Below are positions 26,547 to 32,264 of a stretch of 32,264 bases of DNA, piece by piece. The position numbers and the translations under genes were made by a program. This stretch comes from a virus (taxonomy: Duplodnaviria > Caudoviricetes). Position 1 is the stretch's first letter. Every line of letters starts with the position of its first letter. The stretch covers positions 1-32,264 of IMG/VR virus record IMGVR_UViG_3300033076_000292. One strand, given 5' to 3'. The notes beneath the pieces were generated by a model. That model was given only the letters and a program-made list of their open reading frames with translations, made no database searches and had not been told where the DNA came from.

Positions 26547-27469
26547 TGCCTGTAACCATTAACGGAACAACTGGTATTGCGGTTGTAGACGGCACTGCTG
26601 GCACTCCAGCAGTTCAGGGAACTGACACCAATACAGGAGTTTTCTTCCCTGCTGCGGATACGGTTGCTATTTCGGCGGGTGGTACAGAGGACTTTCGTAT
26701 TGGTCCCGCCGGTCAAATCGGTCTTCAGGGAGCAAACTATGGCTCTTCCGGGCAGGTTTTAACTTCAGGGGGATCTGCTGCTGCGCCGTCTTGGACAACG
26801 ATTTCGACAACCGGCGCTGCTGTATCAAATTATCAAGTGTTTACGTCGTCTGGCACATGGACTAAGCCGTCTGGCTTGACCGGAAATGAACTGGTTATCG
26901 GCTGGCTTTGGGGCGGCGGCGGCGGTGGCGGCACTTACGGCGGCAGCAACGGCGGGGGTGGCGGCGGTGGCGCTTGCCTTATGTTTCAGCTCCCCGCAAG
27001 CACTTTTGGCGCAACTGTTTCTGTAACGGTTGGTGCTGGTGGAAGCGCACCGGGCGGCGGCGGAAACACTTCTTTCGGCTCGTATACCGCCTATGCTGGC
27101 GGCGGCGGCAGCAGCGGTTCAACAACTGGCGGTGGTGGCGGGGGTTTAAGTAGTGCTGGGAGCAACGGTAGTGCTGGTGCTGGTCCGGGACCGGCGGCGG
27201 TTGCTCAGGGTGGAACCACAGGTGGTGTGGGAGGTAGTTCAATCTACGGCGGTGGTGGTGGCGGAAATAGTGGCTCCAACGGCGGTAGTTCAATGTTTGG
27301 CGGCGGCGGTGGCAGCGGTAACGGCAATCCGGGCGGCACGTCTATTTTTGGCGGTGCAGGTGGGACAGCAAATGCGGCTGGTTCAATTCCCGGCGGAGGC
27401 GGCGGCCAAAGCGCATCGGGCGCGAGAGGCGAAGTCCGTATTTGGGTAACACGTTTAACAACAGCGTGA
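26546..27469 (+). CDS. Gly-rich tail fibre / receptor-binding protein (paralogue 2)
   Basis: DTNTGVFFPAADT, GSSGQVLTSGG, QVFTSSGTWTKP, WGGGGGG, ending GARGEVRIW. Confidence 0.75.
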   Translation: MPVTINGTTGIAVVDGTAGTPAVQGTDTNTGVFFPAADTVAISAGGTEDFRIGPAGQIGLQGANYGSSGQVLTSGGSAAAPSWTTISTTGAAVSNYQVFTSSGTWTKPSGLTGNELVIGWLWGGGGGGGTYGGSNGGGGGGGACLMFQLPASTFGATVSVTVGAGGSAPGGGGNTSFGSYTAYAGGGGSSGSTTGGGGGGLSSAGSNGSAGAGPGPAAVAQGGTTGGVGGSSIYGGGGGGNSGSNGGSSMFGGGGGSGNGNPGGTSIFGGAGGTANAAGSIPGGGGGQSASGARGEVRIWVTRLTTA

Positions 27470-27476
27470 GGGTATA

Positions 27477-27677
27477 ATGGCTACATATGCAGTTATCACT
27501 TCATCCACAAATGTCGTTCAGAACATTATTGAATGGGATGGAGAGTCGGAATGGTATCCTCCTGAAGGGTCATTTGTAAAACTTCTTCCAAATGGCGTTG
27601 GTATGGGGTTTGTTTATGACCCATCCACTGATACATTCTACGACCCTACCCCGCCCCCTCCGCCTCCTAGTGAGTAA
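27477..27677 (+). CDS. Small tail-fibre-associated (chaperone-like) protein, 66 aa
   Basis: YAVI....NVV.NII.WDG...W.PPEG...G.GFVYD....F..P. Paralogue of 22661-22846. Confidence 0.75.
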   Translation: MATYAVITSSTNVVQNIIEWDGESEWYPPEGSFVKLLPNGVGMGFVYDPSTDTFYDPTPPPPPPSE

Positions 27678-27680
27678 TCT

Positions 27681-28448
27681 GTGGCAAACGCATTTCAAGG
27701 CAATGCTTTTCAAAGCAACGCATTTCAGGCCGGGATAAGCATTAATGTTTTTCCCACGGGCCTTTTTGCGACCGGCCTTGTTGGCGATGTCAGCGTCCAG
27801 ACAGAACTAAATGTTGACGTCACTGGCGTTGTTGGTACTGGACAGGTTGGAACAGTACTCGCTGCTAGCGATGTCAGCATTTATTTGACCGGCCTGACTG
27901 CTTCTGGGGTTGTTGGTACTGTTTCCGCAGTATATGGGGCCAGTGTCTTCCCAACGGGGGTTGTTGGGACAGGTTATACAAACGATGTTTCCGTAGTTTT
28001 CAGCTCCAATGTCTACCCAGATGGAGTGCAAGGAACGGGCTATGTTGGAACTGTAACCACAGTCTATGATGCCAATATCTACCCGACAGGTCTTGCCGCG
28101 ACAGGTTTTGTTGGAAGTGTAGACGTACTCTATGACGCAAATGTTTATCCAACAGGTCTAGAGGCCACAGGATACGTCAATGGCGTAACCATTGTTTTTG
28201 ATGCCATTGTCTACCCTGATGGTGTATCTGCTAGTGGTTTGGTTGGTACGGTTGTCCCAATCTACGACGCTTATGTGTATGTCACTGGCGTACAGGCGAC
28301 AGGGCTTCCCGGGCAGGTTTTGGTTTGGGGGCAAATCGTACCCAATCCCGGCTCTAGCTGGACTGATATTGCCCCATCACCGGGTTCGATATGGACTCCG
28401 ATTAACGCGACACCGGGTTCGATATGGACTCCGATTGAACCTAGCTGA
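27681..28448 (+). CDS. Repetitive virion fibre/spike protein
   Basis: Three NAFQ repeats, about nine ~22-aa repeats (NVYPxGxxATGxVGxV), then three PGSxWTxI repeats. Confidence 0.75.
   Translation: MANAFQGNAFQSNAFQAGISINVFPTGLFATGLVGDVSVQTELNVDVTGVVGTGQVGTVLAASDVSIYLTGLTASGVVGTVSAVYGASVFPTGVVGTGYTNDVSVVFSSNVYPDGVQGTGYVGTVTTVYDANIYPTGLAATGFVGSVDVLYDANVYPTGLEATGYVNGVTIVFDAIVYPDGVSASGLVGTVVPIYDAYVYVTGVQATGLPGQVLVWGQIVPNPGSSWTDIAPSPGSIWTPINATPGSIWTPIEPS
28378..28436 (+). repeat. Exact 26-bp direct repeat, 33-bp period, in frame
   Basis: CACCGGGTTCGATATGGACTCCGATT at 28378-28403 and 28411-28436. Confidence 0.95.
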
Positions 28449-28489
28449 CATAAAGAGTATACTGCTTTTGCACGTAAGAGGGCCGTTTC

Positions 28490-29572
28490 ATGACCAGTAC
28501 CTATTCAACCAATCTCAAATTAAATCTGATGGGTACAGGCGATCAGTCCGGTACTTGGGGCTCTACAACTAACACAAACCTCGGCACCCTTATTGAAGAA
28601 GCAATCGTTGGTTATGTTACGCAGGCTGTTGCTGACAGCCCGACGCCAACAACGCTTACGATTCCCAACGGGTCTTCTTCAAACGGTCGTAACTATGTCC
28701 TTGAATTAACAGGGGTTTTGACGGCAAATCGTACAGTCGAGGTTCCGGCAGTTGATAAGCCGTATATATTCTACAACAACACAACAGGTGGTTACTCTGT
28801 CACTGTCAAGGTGTCAGGACAGACCGGTGTCACGATCAAGGCTGGCAAGAAGGCGATTGTATACACAAACTCGACTGATGTGATCGAGGTTGCCAATGCA
28901 CCTGTCACCGAAGACGGAGCCCAGACGCTCACTGGAAAAACCATAAGCGGTTCCTCAAACACTTTCAGTAATATCCCGTCTTCTGCCCTTTCCGGAACAC
29001 TGACTGTAGCGGCAGGAGGCACCGGACAGACGACATACACAGACGGCCAGCTTTTGATCGGCAATAGCACTGGCAATACGCTGGCAAAAGCTACGCTGAC
29101 AGCGGGGACAAATATCTCTGTAACGAACGGCAGCGGCTCAATTACCATTGCCGGATCATCGACACCCACTCTTACAAGCATCACTGCTTCTGGAGGCAGC
29201 CTTGCTGTGACAGGAAAGCTCGCGCCAACAGGCGCGATAACTCCTCGTGTCAGCTCTTTATCCGCGCCGTCATCACCCCTGTCTTGGAACAGTGATTCCT
29301 ATGATCAGTTTGACATTGAAGGATTGTCTGTAAATTTGACAATCAACGCTGATTCCGGAACCCCTTCTGACGGCCAGCGGGTTGTTTTCCGTATCCGCGA
29401 TAACGGCGCTGCTCGCACACTTACGTGGACAACGTCTGGCGCGAAATCTTTCCGTGCGATTGGTCTCTTTTTGCCGACAACGACTGTATCAAATAAAGTT
29501 ACGTATGTCGGAGCGATATACAATGCGACCGATGCGTACTGGGACGTTATTGGAACTGCAACACAGGCATAA
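28490..29572 (+). CDS. Tail fibre protein (probable baseplate/tail-anchored fibre)
   Basis: MTSTYS.NL...L.GTG.QSGTWG.TTNTNL N-terminus, GGTGQTTYTDGQLLIGN and a C-terminal G.P.DGQ....RI.DNG..RTL.W domain. Confidence 0.8.
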   Translation: MTSTYSTNLKLNLMGTGDQSGTWGSTTNTNLGTLIEEAIVGYVTQAVADSPTPTTLTIPNGSSSNGRNYVLELTGVLTANRTVEVPAVDKPYIFYNNTTGGYSVTVKVSGQTGVTIKAGKKAIVYTNSTDVIEVANAPVTEDGAQTLTGKTISGSSNTFSNIPSSALSGTLTVAAGGTGQTTYTDGQLLIGNSTGNTLAKATLTAGTNISVTNGSGSITIAGSSTPTLTSITASGGSLAVTGKLAPTGAITPRVSSLSAPSSPLSWNSDSYDQFDIEGLSVNLTINADSGTPSDGQRVVFRIRDNGAARTLTWTTSGAKSFRAIGLFLPTTTVSNKVTYVGAIYNATDAYWDVIGTATQA

Positions 29573-29575
29573 CTA

Positions 29576-30682
29576 ATGCTGTTTCTTCCTGAAATACCTG
29601 AGTCGCAATGGCGTACACCATCTCAGGCTCAACCAAAAGACGAGTTTGGAAACGAGAATAAAACCCGTTTTCATATCTCTGCACGTCTGAATGATGGGCA
29701 TCTTGTCTGGCGCGGCTGGTTTGATGATCGCAATGACGCGGACGCTTTTTTGTACGCGATTGCCACTGACACGCTTCACCTTCAACCTGCTCTTTGGCGT
29801 CTCGCTACACCAATGTGGATGCCGGGCATGGGTGAGCAGCTAGCGTATTACTTTGCTACGACATCCTATCTTTCGAACACCGCAACAACCTCATACACAA
29901 CGCCTGCTGATTGGTCTCCAACAAACACGGTTTATTGCCTTGGTGGCGGCGGTGGCGGTGCGGGGGGCCGTACATATAATTCCGGCGGTGGCGGTGGCGG
30001 TGGCGGTGGATTTTCTATTCTTACGAACTCTTTGGCCGTGGCTCCCAATACGACAATTACGGTACAGATCGGTGCTGGCGGCTCACAAGGTAATGCCTCT
30101 GGTGGTAGCGGTGGAACAGGTGGCAGCACTTGGTGGAATGGGGCAAGTCTTGCCACCAGCACCGTAGGTGCTGCTGGTGGTCAGGGCGGATACTCTGGTG
30201 ATGGTGGATATGATCGTGCAGATGGTGGTCAATCGTCATCTGGCACAGGAACCACAAAATACTCTGGGGGCAACGGCGGTCGTCGCAGCTATGGTGGCGG
30301 CGGCGGTGGCGGCGCTGCTGGTCCTAATGGGGCAGGAAACAACGGGTCTGATTCCAATCAGGGAACGGGCGGCACAGGTGGATCCGGTGATGCCGGTTCC
30401 GGTGGCGCAGGTGGCGCAGGTGGCAGTAACGGAAATAGCGGTTCTGCCGGTAGTGCTGGCACCGAACTTGGTAGCGGTTACGGTTGCGGCGGTGGCGGCG
30501 GTGGCGGCGGTGGCGACAATCAAGGACCGGGGGCACTTGGCGGCCTATATGGTTCTGGTGGCGGGGCTGGTGGTCAATCTACTGGTGGGTCTTCAAACGG
30601 TGCCGCCGGTCGTCAAGGTCTGATTGTTGTTACGTACACAGCAGGCGCAAGCAGTGGTTTCTTAATGCTGTTTGGAAGGTAA
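29576..30682 (+). CDS. Gly-rich tail protein (paralogue 3) with distinct ~95-aa N-terminal domain
   Basis: SYTTPADW...CLGGGGGG domain ending GRQGLIVVTY. Trp-rich, charged N-terminus. Confidence 0.75.
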   Translation: MLFLPEIPESQWRTPSQAQPKDEFGNENKTRFHISARLNDGHLVWRGWFDDRNDADAFLYAIATDTLHLQPALWRLATPMWMPGMGEQLAYYFATTSYLSNTATTSYTTPADWSPTNTVYCLGGGGGGAGGRTYNSGGGGGGGGGFSILTNSLAVAPNTTITVQIGAGGSQGNASGGSGGTGGSTWWNGASLATSTVGAAGGQGGYSGDGGYDRADGGQSSSGTGTTKYSGGNGGRRSYGGGGGGGAAGPNGAGNNGSDSNQGTGGTGGSGDAGSGGAGGAGGSNGNSGSAGSAGTELGSGYGCGGGGGGGGGDNQGPGALGGLYGSGGGAGGQSTGGSSNGAAGRQGLIVVTYTAGASSGFLMLFGR

Positions 30683-30686
30683 AATT

Positions 30687-32264
30687 ATGCCATTACAGAA
30701 ACTCCAGTTTCGTCCCGGTCTTATTAAGGACGTGTCGTCGTACACGAACGAGGGCGGCTGGTTTGACTGTAACATGGTGCGTTTTCGTAACGGCTTTCCG
30801 CAGTCCGTGGGCGGATGGCAGAAATACGCCACCACTCAATTTCTAGGCACCTGCCGTGAACTGAACAACTGGATTGCATTAAGCGGTGCCAACTACCTCG
30901 GGATTGGTACGACGTGTAAGTTCTATATCGAAAGCGGTCAGGAGTTGTTTGACATTACTCCCATCCGTGAGACCGCTGTTCTTACAAATCCTCTGACAGC
31001 AACAAGTGGAAGTGCTGTCATCAACGTCTATGATGTGAACCACGGCGCGTTTACCGGCGACTATGTTACGTTTTCTGGTGCAACGGGTCTTGGCGGAAAT
31101 ATCACCGCCGCCCTGCTCAATAAAGAACACCAAATCACATTTGTGATTGATGCCGACAATTATCAGATTACAGCTTCTGCAACAGCCAATGCTTCTGACA
31201 CAGGCAACGGCGGCACTGTCACGGCTGCTTATCAGATCAACTCTGGTCTTGATACACAGGTCGGTGGTACGGGCTGGGGTGCAGGCACATGGGGTCGTGG
31301 TGGCTGGGGTTCAGCAACAACGCTCAGTGTGGGCAATACTCTTCGTCTTTGGACCTCGGACAATTTTGGCGAGGACTTAATCTTCAACGTACGCGACGGC
31401 GGCATCTATTATTGGGATGCAACTGCTGGCACGGGTGTACGTGGGGTGGAACTTGCTTCACTGTCCACGGACCCATCTTGCCCGACAATCGCCACACAAA
31501 TCATTGTTTCGGACAATGATCGCCACGTTATTGCCTTTGGTCCAAACAACTTCATCAATAACGACGGCAGCATCAATCCGCTGCAAGATCCCCTCTTGAT
31601 TCGGTTCAGTACACAAGAAGATCCGACAGTCTGGACACCTACTGCTACAAATAGCGCGGGCGATCTTCGTCTCGGTGCCGGTACGCACATCATTCGTGCC
31701 ATCGAAACCAAGCGTGAAATTCTGGTCTGGACTGACTTGTCGCTTTACTCTTTGCAGTTCTTGGGTCCGCCATACACCTTCGGCATCAACCCGATTGCAT
31801 CGAACATCACATCGATTGGTTATAACTGTTACGCCACCGTCGAAGACAATGTCTTCTGGATGGGTATGGGTAAGTTCTACATCTACAATGGTAGAACGGA
31901 CGAGCTTCCATGCCCCATCAAGAACCATGTGTTTACGAACATCAACATGGATGAGACCGACAAGGTCTACGCTGCGGTGAACTCGGAGTTCAACGAGATT
32001 ACGTGGTTCTATCCGACGGCGGATTCGTCGGAAAACAACGTGTATGTCACCTACAACTATGCAGAGAAGGCATGGTCGTATGGCACTCTTGCGCGTACAG
32101 CATGGCTTGATCGCGGCACAAACCAATATCCGATTGCCGCTTCTCCAGATCGCTATCTCTACAACCAAGAACTTGGAACGGATGATGGCAGCGCAAACCC
32201 TCCTGTTGCGATTCACTCTTATATCGAAAGCTCGCCGTTCGATATCGGTGAGGGTGAGCAGTTC
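30687..32264 (+). CDS. Tail nozzle / stabilisation protein (P22 gp10 / tubular B-like), truncated by the window end
   Basis: ATG 30687: MPLQKLQFRPG...YTNEGGWFDCN.VRFR.G.P...GGW, GWGAGTWG, LW..DNFGEDL, DPLLIRFS and FNEITWFYP. Appears open to the window end, which explains its absence from the ORF track. Confidence 0.8.
   Translation, partial: MPLQKLQFRPGLIKDVSSYTNEGGWFDCNMVRFRNGFPQSVGGWQKYATTQFLGTCRELNNWIALSGANYLGIGTTCKFYIESGQELFDITPIRETAVLTNPLTATSGSAVINVYDVNHGAFTGDYVTFSGATGLGGNITAALLNKEHQITFVIDADNYQITASATANASDTGNGGTVTAAYQINSGLDTQVGGTGWGAGTWGRGGWGSATTLSVGNTLRLWTSDNFGEDLIFNVRDGGIYYWDATAGTGVRGVELASLSTDPSCPTIATQIIVSDNDRHVIAFGPNNFINNDGSINPLQDPLLIRFSTQEDPTVWTPTATNSAGDLRLGAGTHIIRAIETKREILVWTDLSLYSLQFLGPPYTFGINPIASNITSIGYNCYATVEDNVFWMGMGKFYIYNGRTDELPCPIKNHVFTNINMDETDKVYAAVNSEFNEITWFYPTADSSENNVYVTYNYAEKAWSYGTLARTAWLDRGTNQYPIAASPDRYLYNQELGTDDGSANPPVAIHSYIESSPFDIGEGEQF

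Noticed and set aside
26900-30620. GGC/GGT runs as microsatellites or collagen repeats
   Set aside because: They encode in-frame poly-Gly with mixed codons and lack a strict Gly-X-Y register.
20264-30682. Diversity-generating retroelement or invertible tail-fibre cassette
   Set aside because: No reverse transcriptase or invertase, no ~100-bp repeat pair with adenine-specific mismatches, and all fibre genes are co-oriented.
31458-32216. 252-aa minus-strand ORF (likewise 7521-8132, 5751-6290, 4831-5334, 14085-14552)
   Set aside because: Antisense shadows of well-supported plus-strand genes, with no recognisable motifs.
1-32264. tRNA/rRNA genes, integrase/att site, alternative genetic code, gene transfer agent
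   Set aside because: None recognisable. Genes tile densely under the standard code using all three stop codons, and the architecture is podovirus-like rather than RcGTA-like despite the 3-TM holin.

Overview
The window is part of a tailed dsDNA phage genome with a podovirus-like (P22/Bbp-like) morphogenesis module; it contains no host genes and no integrase. The left arm (1-2393, minus strand) is a short operon encoding an AAA+ ATPase, a vWA-like partner and a small ORF, and it ends at an intrinsic terminator. Next comes a ~650-bp non-coding region saturated with TGACA/TGTCA repeats. A long plus-strand block follows: a very acidic small protein, two divergent HNH nucleases straddling a perfect parS palindrome, TerL, portal, a lytic-transglycosylase protein, membrane/holin genes, GroES, scaffold, decoration protein, major capsid, a cluster of tiny basic proteins, head-tail adaptors, about ten tail fibre/receptor-binding/chaperone genes and a truncated tail nozzle gene. 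The most unusual signals are: (1) a perfect chromosomal parS site over the start of the packaging operon; (2) a TGACA/TGTCA motif system, concentrated at the divergence point and dispersed as TGTCATGACA palindromes; (3) a left arm with strongly skewed short-motif content, suggesting first-injected DNA, flanked by an Ocr-like acidic protein. All product calls come from motif recognition and synteny, not database searches. Motif counts were made by eye.
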